64,000 nt of DNA from Mizuhopecten yessoensis (Eukaryota), in NCBI RefSeq assembly GCF_002113885.1, contig NW_018405737.1:304970-368969 (forward strand). Direction: 5' to 3'. Below the pieces are notes generated by a model that worked only from the letters and a program-made list of their open reading frames with translations, made no database searches and was not told the DNA's origin. Within the stretch, counting starts at the first letter, position 1. Every line of letters starts with the position of its first letter. A program made the translations under genes and the position numbers. Of the stretch, positions 38,854 through 50,917 are shown in pieces.

Positions 38854-40836
38854 ATGGCGGAAGAAGGACCCCATCAGGACTCTATCGATAATCCCAAACC
38901 AGCTATGGACACCCACCTGTTAGATTGTCCTATCTGTCTAGAACAGCTACACCAACCAAAGTCGCTCCCCTGTCTTCATTCTTTCTGCCAGAAATGTCTG
39001 TCCACCTTCATCACCAAGGACCCGTCAGAGAAGATGGCGGCGGCAACTTCCTTTCTGTGTCCTGTTTGTAGGATGATCACACAACCGGTCAATCATTCCG
39101 AAGGTAAGGAGAAATGGGCCCAACAATTTCCAACCAATGGTCTGATTAACAGCCTTGTAAAGGTCACGATGGATGAGCCGAAGTATTGCAATCCCTGTGA
39201 GAAAAAAGGAAAAACTAGGATTCCTGCATCAATCTGGTGTGAAACATTGAACATCATGTTTTGTGATACATGTAAAGTTGATTTTCATGACTTGGTTCAC
39301 GAAGGATGTGAAACGGCTAACTTAGCCAAACCTGCAGAAATAATGCAACGACAAGAACAGGTAAGATGTGGAAAACATGCAAAGAAGATGACTTATCATT
39401 GTGAAAACCATCAAAAACTTGGTTGTAGTAGATGCATCACGATAGACCACAGACGATGTGACGAAGTGACAACAACACAGGAGTATTGTGACAAATTGAA
39501 GAGGGAATCACGACTGGATCACTGGAAGACATCACTGCAGAAAACCACTGAAGCTATCGGGTTACTGATCCAAGAGTTTGACGAGCAACTTCAAAGCATA
39601 GCGAATGACCAAGATATCGGGTTTAAGAGTTTAATAGATCTAAGACAAAGTGTTGATGCACGTCTTGATGCTATGCAGAAGAAAATCACAGATGAACTGA
39701 CAGCAATTTACAAAAAAGAGAAAGAGAATTTGGATTTGTCATTGCAGAAATGTAAACGACTAACGTCTTCAATTCAAAACACAATAAAAACCTCCGCAAC
39801 AGTTAGCCAGAGGATTGATAGCGTGGACACAATCTTGTTGTATCAGAGAGGCGTGGCAGAGATGAAATCCTATCAGGATCTGGTGACAGAAATGAGGAAG
39901 TCTTTCATCGCTGTCAGAATCAAGCATTCCTTTGATCTTGATCTTCTCCAAATGGAAAAGAACATTCCACTGACCCTGGGGAAAGTCACAGTGCAGAGAG
40001 AACGTAGAATTCTGCCTGGACAGTTGTTTACTCCGTTAGCGGAATGCCGTGTGAAGGAGATAGCAAAGTTTAACATTAAGTCTTCCTCAGACGGCTCAGA
40101 TTGCTGTGCAAGTGGAATTGTTTACCTACCAGATGATCATATCATTGTAGGAGATTGCAACAACAAGAAGGTCAAGTTATTTACAGCTATAGGGAAATTA
40201 GAAGATGAGTTGAAAGTTTCTGGGTCTCTGATGGACATGTGTCGTGTGGATTATCAAACTGTGGCGGTAACTCTTTCGAGTCTGATTGCTGTATACGTTA
40301 TCAAGGTGGAGTCTTCAAAACTTACCCTGTTGTTGAAAATACAACTGCCTGCCGGACAAGATCTAAGGGGTATTACTTATACAGGTAACATATTCATTGT
40401 GAGCTATGGGAGCAATGTTCACATCGTTAGTAAGGATGGTAGTACGAAACATATGCGAACTTATCCGACTTACTGCTGTCACCTTGCGTGCAATCCATGG
40501 ACGCAAGAGATTTATGTCAGCCAACCCACCTCCTTAAATGGCTCTGTTACTGTATCCAAATTTTCAAATGAAACACGTACAGATATTGCAAAGGTCGGTG
40601 TCCTGAATTCAGCTTTCGGGGTAGATATTGATTGTGACGGCAATTTGTATGTGTGTGGGCAGGCGTCAAATAATGTGGTACAGATGTCTGCGGACGGAAC
40701 TCGCATCAGGGAACTGCTCAGAGTATCGGATGGTGTAAACAAGCCAAGGGCAATATCTGTGTGTGGGGACAAATTTGTGGTCACAAACGAATCTTCAAAG
40801 CACAAGAATGAAGTACACCTATTTCAGCTTTACTGA
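38854..40836 (+). CDS. TRIM-type E3 ubiquitin ligase (RING-Bbox1-Bbox2-CC-NHL-like; TRIM56/TRIM2/3/71-like), intact, 660 aa
   Basis: Uninterrupted ORF; start at gccATGg chosen by paralog alignment and the upstream acceptor tttacag (ends 38831); C3HC4 RING, B-boxes, coiled coil, propeller blades. Confidence 0.92.
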   Translation: MAEEGPHQDSIDNPKPAMDTHLLDCPICLEQLHQPKSLPCLHSFCQKCLSTFITKDPSEKMAAATSFLCPVCRMITQPVNHSEGKEKWAQQFPTNGLINSLVKVTMDEPKYCNPCEKKGKTRIPASIWCETLNIMFCDTCKVDFHDLVHEGCETANLAKPAEIMQRQEQVRCGKHAKKMTYHCENHQKLGCSRCITIDHRRCDEVTTTQEYCDKLKRESRLDHWKTSLQKTTEAIGLLIQEFDEQLQSIANDQDIGFKSLIDLRQSVDARLDAMQKKITDELTAIYKKEKENLDLSLQKCKRLTSSIQNTIKTSATVSQRIDSVDTILLYQRGVAEMKSYQDLVTEMRKSFIAVRIKHSFDLDLLQMEKNIPLTLGKVTVQRERRILPGQLFTPLAECRVKEIAKFNIKSSSDGSDCCASGIVYLPDDHIIVGDCNNKKVKLFTAIGKLEDELKVSGSLMDMCRVDYQTVAVTLSSLIAVYVIKVESSKLTLLLKIQLPAGQDLRGITYTGNIFIVSYGSNVHIVSKDGSTKHMRTYPTYCCHLACNPWTQEIYVSQPTSLNGSVTVSKFSNETRTDIAKVGVLNSAFGVDIDCDGNLYVCGQASNNVVQMSADGTRIRELLRVSDGVNKPRAISVCGDKFVVTNESSKHKNEVHLFQLY

Positions 40837-42453
40837 GCAAAGTGAGTAAGCATTCTGTGAGATATATATCGGGACCAAGTTGTGTGGTGTGTTGTTTAGT
40901 GACAAATTGCAACATGGCTGAATCAGTTGTGAGTATCCATCCATTGTGTAAAATCAGAAACAGAGCAACTGGCAAGAAAGTGTAGTGACATATTGACAGG
41001 AAAAGAATTAAACTGAAACGATACAGCTACCTAGTATATTTATAATTAGGGACCATTCACGGATATACAATAAAATTTCATGTATTAATATATATATAAA
41101 TGAATAAATCCATGTTATGCTCACTTTGACCGACTTTTTAGCTGATGGTCTTATGTATTAATCTCTTTTAAACAACTTCTTAATACAAAGAGGCCTTGGG
41201 TGATGATATTAAACAATGAGCTTAAAGTAACTAAGTCAAGTTTTAATGTAACGTGGACAAGGCAAACATGTTTAAATCTTTAAGACTCGTAACGTGTAAC
41301 GTGAATTGTCAGCAGCATTGACTAGCAGGTGAGCGATAATGATCGATGTGGTTTTGTTTTCACCTTCATTGTCCTTATAATTTAGCGTTATCTCTGTGAA
41401 ATAAATGCGTATAATTGTTTGTACATTTCAAATATTAGTATGTCATTGATAACCTGAACATATCAGAACCAAATTTGTACAGGATTTTTATACTAGAACT
41501 CGTTGGAAAAGAGATGTACATGTCATCTAATACCAAGCTCTCAAAGTGAGAAGCGAGTTAGTGACAATTCCACAAGGCACATTCAAAACCCAAAAATAAA
41601 AAACATCGACATTCATATAGCACAAGGAAGAAATATATATGTTTTATCAACCTTCCTCTCTTGTAACCATGTGTTGAAATTTTGTCTCTCAGTGTTTAAC
41701 AGTGTTTGTTTTAAGCTTTGTTTAAATTGAATTATTAAAATCGATACTATAGCGAGTAATAGTTCCTTTACGAATTAGAGCACTGTGTTTAACATGGTTT
41801 ATGAGAAAGGTGTAAACACACGCTAACGAAGGGGAATGTTAATTTGAAGTACATAAAACCAAGCCCAATCAAGATGTATCAATATGTCCTTAAGGTAAGG
41901 TTTCGCTAAAACCATAAAACAAATTTAGAGGTTTCTTATCAGCTTCATCACTTTTTGTTCTGCTTTCCACTTCAATTATCGAAAGCAAAACTTTCCATTA
42001 CAATCCTTGTTTTCGTTTACCAGCAGTTCATCTATTTTATGTAAATATTTTTACTGTTTGGTTACATGGTTAAGGTGTCCTTGTAAAGATAATTTCCTCA
42101 ATATTTGAAATAAAGTTGTTACTGTGTTGATGATATGTTTGTAGAAGTTTTTCTGTTGTTTGAAGGACTGCTATAGATCAGTTGGACCAATAAAACCCTC
42201 CTTCACCAGCTGGTAATATTAAATGCATGTAAATATTGGGCACGACTGACTTTAATGGTAAAATATATCAGAAAGGATTATAATAGCTGTACTTATCATT
42301 TTCTTTTAAATACTTTACTGACAGTACAAATGTTTGTTGCAAAGAACTTTTACAACTACTTGGAGTACTTACTGTCAAATCAGCCAACCAACATTCGTTC
42401 TATCCACCAGTTTCTATAGGTTTTATGAGTGAATTATAGTCACCCAGAATAAC

Positions 42454-43165
42454 CACAGCCAATGAGAGTGACCGTTACGTCAAAGATTTCAATGATATTT
42501 CCTTAACTCCCCACAGCCATTGAGAGTGACCGTTGCTACAAAGACTTCAATGATATTTCCTTTACTCCCCACAGCATATGAGAGTGACCGTTACGTCAAA
42601 GACTTCAATGATATTTCCTTACCTCCCCACAGCCAATGCGAATGACCGTTACCACAAAGACTTCAATGATATTTCCTTAACTCCTCACAGCCAATGAGAA
42701 AGACAAATACTTTAAAGACTTCAATGATATTTCATTAACTCCTCACAGCCATTGAGAGTGACCGTTACTACAAAGACTTCAATGATATTTCCTTAACTCC
42801 CAACATCCAATGAGAGTGACCGTTACGTCAAAGACTTCAATGATATTTCCTTAAATCCCCACAGCCATTGAGAGTGACCGTTTCTACAAAAACTTTAATG
42901 ATATTTCCTTACCTCCCCACAACCAATGAGAATGACCGTTACTACAAGGACTCCACACAGCCAATGAGAGTGACCGTTATGTCAAAGACTTCAATGATAT
43001 TTCCTTAACTCCCCACAGCCAATGAGAGTGACCGTTACTACAAAGACTTCAATAATATTTCCTTACCTCCCTACAGCCAATGAGAATGACCGTTACTACA
43101 AAGACTTCAATGATATTTCCTTAACTCCCCACAGCCAATGAGAAAGACAAATACTTTAAAGACTT
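42454..43165. repeat. 58-bp minisatellite, ~12 copies
   Basis: cacagccaatgagagtgaccgttactacaaagacttcaatgatatttccttaactccc. Confidence 0.95.
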
Positions 43166-45460
43166 GAATACTGATTTGAATATTTCCTGTACCTACAATC
43201 TACCATAGCCAATCAGAACAAAATTAATGAAGCTTAGTTATGGTTTTATTTTATCTAACCTCATATAAAGACTCCATGAGTGTACTATATGCGTGCTTGT
43301 ATGTGAGCTGGAGGGAGGGTATGTTGATGTAGTTGCCTCCTTGAGATTTGTCTTGAAATATACATAAATGTATATATAGTTTGCGATATGATTTTGAAAG
43401 TCTTTTTATTACTTGTTGAACTAATGTTCAAGTTTCATATTTTTGCTTTATAGAAAATAAAATCATTATAAGCCACCCTGCATTTTTACTAATATAGTAT
43501 CTTGTGATACATGGTAATGTTTTCTGAATATAGTAACAAGAAAAATGCTTGAAATACCCATCCCTAGTAGTTATACTACCCTAGCACAACCTATAATGAC
43601 TAGTTTTAGAGTTATCCCACTTCTGTAGCATCACCACAAGCGGCTTGTTATTCGACGACATTAAAAAGAATAAGCTACACAAATCCTCTAAATACCCATA
43701 GTTTGTACACGTGTCATTGTGTTTCAGTTTACAAATTTCCATCGCTTATAGAGGTTCTCAAGGTTTGGGGGATAATATTATGTGGTTATTGAGAGGATTT
43801 GGAACATTGGTAATCGGGCGTCACTGGCATAGGTTGGTGAGAATGTTAACCCCGGTTTGAGACATTGTGACACACTCTTCGTGAAAAAAAAGAAAAATAC
43901 GGGATTATTTTAGAAAAATTGGGAACTTTGTGAGATTGGCATGAAACATCTGGCGTGGTATTAAGGGAATTCAACCCGAGGGATTGTGATTTGAATAATA
44001 CTTTGCTGACGATTTGATTTTCTTAACTCACATTTACGTTGAAAACAAATAGTGTAAACCCTGTTATCAGTGACAGACAGTGTATTGAACTCCGTACAGC
44101 AAGCATTTATAACCAATGTTAATGTCAACTAGAAATGATATATCAATGAAAGGCGCTTCATGTTGAATTTATATTGATTTGACATTCATATTGACAGTGA
44201 ATGGTGTCACGCTAATGTAAACCATCACGGTCCGCCTCATATGTCCTCGTCTATCTAAAGTTGAACTTTTTCGGCAGTTCTTCAAGAACTAATGAAGAGA
44301 TTGACTCGACATGTGATTTCAATGTCCTTTATCATATCCTGAAAAAGATTTTATACTTTTCGTGCCGATCCAAAAATCAAATATGTCTGCCTTTGTGTCT
44401 GATAAGCGGTAACGTTTGAAAATTCTTCTCTAGAACGACTGCAGTGATTGACGCCAAAGTAAGTATTAATGTTCTTTATAATTTCCCAAAGTGTTGTTAC
44501 GATCGTGCCACTCCGAAAATCCAAGATGGCCGCTGTGACGTCTGATTGGATGGGACATTTTTCCACTTATGGATTAAAACGGCTGCAACGATAGACAGTA
44601 GTACATTTTCTTTTATGTCGATCCGAAAATCAGAAATTGCCGCCCTGGCCTCTTATTCGCTTTTCGACTTTATCTCAAGAACGGCTGCATTTACTGACTC
44701 CAATCTGAGCCCAAATGTTCCTTATAAGGTCACCATCAAGTGTTGTTTCTTACAGTGCCAAACTTGCCGACCTGCCCATTGAAATGCCGAGACTTTTTTT
44801 TCCAGGAAGGCATCAGCGATTGACTCCACACTCGTGCCAGTCCGAAAATATAAAAAGGGCCAATCTTATTTTCATTTACTTTATCTCAAGAACAGTTGCA
44901 GTTATTGATCCTTGATTTGGTACTGATTTTCTGTACTTATATGAGGCTCAATACAATTTTTTTTCTTCTTTCTTTTTGCTATTCCTTGCTTAATGTTATG
45001 TATTAAGGGTAATCCCAACAATCAGTTAACTCGTTGTCATTGTTATCTGACCGATAGGAATGCTGCGTTGTGGGCTAGCACTATAAATTTGGCATCAGAA
45101 CACCAACATCCCGACTCCAGCACACATACACACATACATTACACATATGGAGGCACGTCCTAAAATGACCTTAGTTGTCAATTGCACGTTTGATTAAGTC
45201 TGTTTGTTTGTTGTTTTTATTTCATTTGTATGTTTGTTTGTGTTCGATTGCCTTATGTCAGAAGTCAAACGTCGATAGGAAGTGTATTGATATTTCAATA
45301 TTTATAATAGGATTTTATGTTAGCGTTTGCACAAATATTTACTGATGGTGTATGAAAAGTAATATCATTCATTAGCTTAAAAAACTTTTTAAAAAGCAGT
45401 ATGCATATAACATTGATGTCATAAATTGTAAAATACAACGCAATCAATCTGATTGGATAG

Positions 45461-45466
45461 TTTATT
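45461..45466 (-). terminator. Candidate polyadenylation signal of the spondin-2-like gene
   Basis: AATAAA on the minus strand ~200 bp past the stop. Confidence 0.4.
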
Positions 45467-45660
45467 TTATTTCTCAATCCACAGGAGAAAAAGATCATAT
45501 CTGACAACACGACAAATAACAGCTATGTATTACTATACACTATACATCAAGTATAAAAATAAAAATTGTAAATTTTCATATCAAATCGCTATTGAAACTT
45601 AACAATGATAATAAGATAAATTAACAAACAATAACTCGGGTCTAGATGACGCTTCTCCAA

Positions 45661-45875
45661 TTAACCGGATCTTTTGAATAGATAGTCAAAATGTCCCCAT
45701 TTACATTTCCGCATGCTTCCACATGTGTTTTGGTCTGTTAGCCTTGGACATCCGTATCCTCCATTCACGGGAGACAGAATGACGTCACGTGATCGCGTTT
45801 GAATTCCGAAACCACATGTCTTTGAGCATGGTGACCATTCGCTCCACTCCGTTACTGTACAATCTTGAGGTTTAC
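45661..45875 (-). CDS. SPON2: Spondin-2-like exon 4 (TSP1 repeat, stop)
   Basis: ttgttgtag| acceptor; reads GKPQDCTVTEWSEWSPCSKTCGFGIQTRSR..GGYGCP..KRSG*; missed by the ORF track. Confidence 0.92.
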
Positions 45876-46137
45876 CTACAACAACAAAATACAGTATATT
45901 TTAACAGTTCCGTCATTACTGTAATAAAGAACATGTTTGATTGTATCTTTGATTTCAAAAATCTTTAGAATGAAACGAAGCTGATGATCAACCAAACAGT
46001 ATTTGTTTCAAAAAACAAATAAAAGAGGAAAATTTATCAACAAATGCTTTTTCTTCTCTATTGCACAAATCATCTTATATATCAATTAATAAGAATGATT
46101 ATTGGCATAATGAAAGTTCGTGATACTATATCCTCAC

Positions 46138-46591
46138 CATTGTTCACTACGTCATTTCCGGTGCCTGTAGATCCAGATACTGCAGTTAGACCACCAATAT
46201 TCAAACTATACGAATCATCTTCATCCTCTTCCGGATCAAATATCACAACGTTCGGCCCTGTAGGCGATGTATCCAGCTTCCGTCCCCGTCGTCTGTATTC
46301 CGCAACTTCCTTGATGACAATATGACCTATTCTCGGAAGTGTTTCCTGTTCCGGGTAAAAGAAGGAGCTGGCTGGATGACTTGGTTTTTTGTTGGTTATC
46401 TGGCTGATAGGGTCAGCCGGCATGTTTGGCCAGTTCGGTGATGTGAACGTAAATCCCTGGTCAGTTCCTGCGTCAAGCGGCGCAAGGTCCACGTTAATTT
46501 GTTTTCTCCAACGACCATTATGACAGAGATCAAGGGAGGCAACTCCAACGAACCAGTCGGGACTGGGCACGATTTTCACAAGGAAAGACAT
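46138..46591 (-). CDS. SPON2: Spondin-2-like exon 3 (Spondin_N domain C-half and linker)
   Basis: SFLVKIVPSPDWFVGV..LDAGTDQGFTFTSPN signature; ttttacag| acceptor and |gtgagg donor; phases consistent. Confidence 0.93.
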
Positions 46592-46696
46592 CTGTAAAAG
46601 GTGAAGATAGAAGAGATTAAATTCTCGGTGTCTAAAAAACTGCTAATCACCCAAACAAATGTAAATTAATGATTAAGACATTGAATCGAAAATCAA

Positions 46697-46808
46697 TAAT
46701 ATTAAACATTAGAATATGCGGAAATTGTGATACTGTCTCCCTACATTGGGTTTTTACCTAGGGATGTTCTTCCTATTTCCGTTAAGCAATACACTCCTAT
46801 GACCTTAA
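46697..46808 (-). mobile_element. Terminal fragment of the 7353-7901 MITE family in spondin intron 2
   Basis: Reverse complement of ~7349-7460. Confidence 0.8.
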
Positions 46809-47075
46809 GCAATATCATTTGAATCAAGACCATAGGAAAATAGATTTATCACTCTTTTTTTTTCATCAGAGGAATAGGCAGAAAGACCGTCCTAATAAAA
46901 AACACTTTGTTGTGTTGTCTGCTCGACAGCACAGATGGTGTATCATCACTATCACGTTAACGAACTCATTCCATTTATTGTTCACAGGATAAAATATAAC
47001 ATGCTGCGCAAAACGGTAATCTTTACGGATATATTGGATGAGAATTTTACATGTACTGTAATAACTGACATGTAC

Positions 47076-47287
47076 CTTGGTGTGCTGACCGTCTGCCAGA
47101 AAGCGGACTGCGGATCGGCCCATCCCACTCTCTATCGGAGCAGCAGTGAACGAGTCGAAGATGCCCCTGTACGCCTGCGCGTCCTGATCCAGCATTGAAG
47201 AATCCGCATCCTCTGCAAACGCCTTAACCGCGTCACTAGCGTTCTGGCCCAGTGACCACAACTTGTACGTGCTGTCATGGGAACGAC
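47076..47287 (-). CDS. SPON2: Spondin-2-like exon 2
   Basis: atttcag| acceptor; GRSHDSTYKLWSLGQNASDAVKAFAE..GQHTK; |gtacat donor. Confidence 0.92.
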
Positions 47288-49445
47288 CTGAAATTAAATA
47301 ATTTAAAACTGTATAAAAGGCATACAAATGTATACAAGTACAGTAATACGGATGGTCACACATATGCAAGTTATAGTTATGTTATAGTTACGTTATAGAG
47401 ATGTATACACAGTGTCAATATAAGTCAACAACAAGCGTTTAAAAGTCCATTAATTCTATTACTTATTGCTCCTCGTTCAGCTAAAGCACAAAGAGTAACG
47501 ATGATAGCTTTATTACGAAAGATCCTCCTACCATTACTTAACCAAACAGTTAAAAATAATTCGAAGCTTGGAGAAATGCTTGGATTTTTTTCTTAAGGAG
47601 AAAATTTGAAGAAAAAAACTCATGTTCATAAAGTGCCTATAATAAACGTCTATGTTTCTATAACAAAGTAACCCAAAGTATTTTATATTAATTGCTAGCA
47701 TTAACTAGGAAGCCAAATATTAAAGGTTTTGGTGGGGCAGTTAAATTTTCCTCAGACGAACATTGGCTAAGAGCCAAAATACAGTTTTTTTTGTTTCTTC
47801 TTCTTTTAATTACTTAGCATTTTATCATTGGGCGAGTAATTTGTGGCTAAAACGTATTATAATTGAAATGTCTTTGCCAATGCCTAGCTGACAGTGTGGG
47901 TACCAAAGTGTGTCTGTCTGATAGTTATCAACCTGTGGGTGTTACTAATGGCACACGTATAACGACTGTGACGTGTTAACGAGGATATCGCACGTGCACC
48001 GTTAGGCAGTGCTGATGAATCAGCAGAATATCCTCCCTGTTAATAGCGTTAGGAAATCCATGTCTCTGTTTCTGGGTGTATTAGTTCATAGTTATAACTA
48101 TAAATCAGTTATAATATATCAGACTTCTCTAGGTATATGTGAGTTCCTAAGTTATAACCCTCGTTGTGTTCCTGTCTGAGAGCTACACACTTACATATGG
48201 CTGTTACTGTTTACAGTGAGGAGTTAATGAAGTCCTCTACGTCGTCACACTCTCAAGTCTTAGAGAGTTACAATATAAAGGGGAGGTAATTTGAAATGAT
48301 AAATATATACCACAAGGAAAGTGTGTGGTAAACAAAGATAGTATCTATATTTTATCCAAGAGTATAAAAAGAAAGCGAAAACAAGTTATCTTAAAAGTAT
48401 AAAACTGCATTTGTAGATAAAAAGATTCGGTCGGCTCTTGTTTGAAGTAATATGCACATGAAACGTTCCAAAAGAGAATTTTTATACATGTATAAAAAAC
48501 AGAACCATTGAAAATGCCAAGTAATTACAGTTCTTATCTGATAAATTCCGGTGCGCTTGTGGCCTAAGCACGTGCACGTAAATGTTAAAAAAATAACATG
48601 TACCAGACCTCTCAATGATCGGAAATGTTTCTGATTAAGGTTAATCAGGGACAGACATCTTAATGTGTTAAACGTTAATGATACACGGAGATAACGATCA
48701 CTGACTGTTGTAATGGTCACGTTGAAATGATCGACAGGCTTTCCGTTTCCTATATATTGCTACGTTGAGGTTTATATACATCAGTTTTCTTTTGACTAGA
48801 TTTGTTTTATAATTGATCTGTAAACAAGACCCGCATTGCCTCGTTATGTCTTTAACAGGTTGTAATAAATCACACTGTTTAAGGTATTAATGTCTTAAAA
48901 CTCGTACAGAAACAGTCCAATTTTCACCTATTGTTGTATATTCAAGTAAAACAACAGAAGTCTATACAGGTTATCTTGATTTCCGCCCTAAGTAAGTATT
49001 AATATGAACCTCTACAGTTATATTAAGAGCTTAAGAAAAGCTCCAACCAATGTCGTATTTTCTTTAAGTAAATTCAATTTAACAAGTCGACTCAGAAAAG
49101 TTCAAGAACACTCCAAATCAAATAGAATTTGAAAATATTCTTCTTTTTGTGAAATTATTATGAAAAATCAAATATGCGTCATTTGCTCTGTACGTTTTTA
49201 TAATTACGACTTTTCCGTATTGTTTATGGTAGGTAGTAATTGTTTATCGAAAGCAATTTTCTTAAACTTAATTTGCTGGACAGGCAAAATGCATGTAAAG
49301 AATTGTGTTGATTACATACAAAACATAAATATTATACTTATATGTATAATCGCATCAAATATCTTGTAAAAAATGATTGTTTGTTTGAATATTAATATTG
49401 CAACTAAGCAAGAAAATTTTGAAAAATGAACAATTGAAGACTTAC

Positions 49446-49662
49446 CGACGAGTTTTGACCACTGTGCGGGGGGTCGAACACGGGGGTAGAGGCGAGGGAA
49501 GGTCTTGGGGGACCAGTCTCCATAAAACGTCAAATTATATTCCGCCAACATCTTTGGCTGACATCGACCACGCCTTTTGAACTTCCTGGGACGGGGTTCC
49601 ACCACACTGACAAGTACAAGGCCGATAGCAATCAAGCAAAGTATCGCAAGCTGGAAATCCAT
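49446..49662 (-). CDS. SPON2: Spondin-2-like exon 1 (signal peptide, start of Spondin_N)
   Basis: MDFQLAILCLIAIGLVLVSV signal peptide; YNLTFYGDWS..FPRLYP..RPPAQWSKLVG; |gtaagt donor. Joined CDS is 1098 nt = 365 aa. Confidence 0.92.
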
Positions 49663-49865
49663 TTCTCTTGCTTGGATTACAAGGTAGTCTGATTAAGTAC
49701 TAAATGCAGTTTCTTAATTCTGAGAATTGCAAAACAATATGCACATATTAATCAATTATATCTTTGATTCCGGAAATCATGTAACGTGGTTGTTTCTGTG
49801 TGTTAGACGTCCGCGTGTGTTGCTGATGCTGTACGTTATGGTTCATGTCGGGATGAAGAGAAGGC

Positions 49866-50097
49866 TTATATACTCGGACATCCAGGAGGGCAGATTAACG
49901 TATCCAACATATAGGTTAATTGTTTCCCCGCATCTCTCATCTGCTCTGAGAAAGGTTAGACGAGGATAAGGTCAAAGGTCAGCCCTGATATAGTTCACGC
50001 GAGTGCTCGCTGTAGCATCATTGTACGGAGACAGATGGTTCTCGGTTAGGGGTTGATAAATAACATTTGGGTAAGGTGGGAATTGTGACGTCATTGG
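49866..50097 (-). promoter_or_regulatory. Spondin-2-like promoter: TATA, GATA, DR1, CRE, CCAAT
   Basis: TATATAA (-) 49866-49872; GATAAG 49965; AGGTCAAAGGTCA 49969-49981; TGACGTCA 50086-50093; CCAAT (-) 50093-50097. Confidence 0.6.
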
Positions 50098-50917
50098 GCT
50101 GTATCTCGTTGGGATATTTGCCAGGGAGAAACTTTTAGAGTGTGTTTTGGAGTGGATGTCTTTAATGTATTGTTCAAAGCGTTTTCTTCTCTGTGATTGA
50201 AATCAAATATCAGAGCCATGGAAAACATCAACAGGTGTAATGAGTCCTAATTGTTTATTGTGGCGTTTTAATTGGCGAGTGTGTTGTTTCTCTGCACTAG
50301 TGTTTAAACCAGAGAAAAGCGTGTTTGGCACTCATTTACTCACAGAGCAATAAACATCTACACTAAAATGACATTAACTAGAGGCATATGCACCTAAGAT
50401 ATCAGATGCACTATTCCCTGCGGCGCGACTCTGTCTTGAACACGCTCAAGTAAAAGCAAAATAGTTTATGATGACGCAGTGTTTTCCCAACTTTAAATTT
50501 TGTTTGTGTCTTGTTTGTATGACTTCGGAGACATGTACTGTTGTAAATTATAAAACGTTTTGACACTTTAACAATGTGTGTTGGTACTTCCGCTTTTACC
50601 TGCTGTGATAACGATCTATAGACGTGTTCAGAGGAGAGAGGGGGCCACTGCACGTCACAGAGACAAACAAACACTCTGTTATTTATTTGTAGACGTGTGT
50701 GATAGGGAAGGGAACGTCTACACGACATAGAAATAACCCACTCGTATAAATAATAAAGATGTTCCGTGGAACATTTGTACAATTTGTTTTGAAGCATTTC
50801 ATTAACTTAGATACGTTTTCCAATGATCTACACAAGTTCTTAAGCTATAAAAGTTATTATTGTAGTTCTATTTTTTTCTAACGTGAAAAAAGCAATGTTT
50901 GTTTCACGTTTATTTAT

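Larger units (their letters stand above)
1..44915 (+). repeat. Tandem segmental triplication (units ~1-16.9k, ~16.9-32k, ~32-44.9k), one TRIM gene per unit
   Basis: Paralogous non-coding blocks: 660-1090 ~ 16911-17340; 236-625 ~ 32000-32360; 2150-3380 ~ 32610-33725 (3070-3380 also ~ 19130-19440); 14334-16700 ~ 28548-31110 ~ 40837-44300. Boundaries approximate. Confidence 0.9.
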
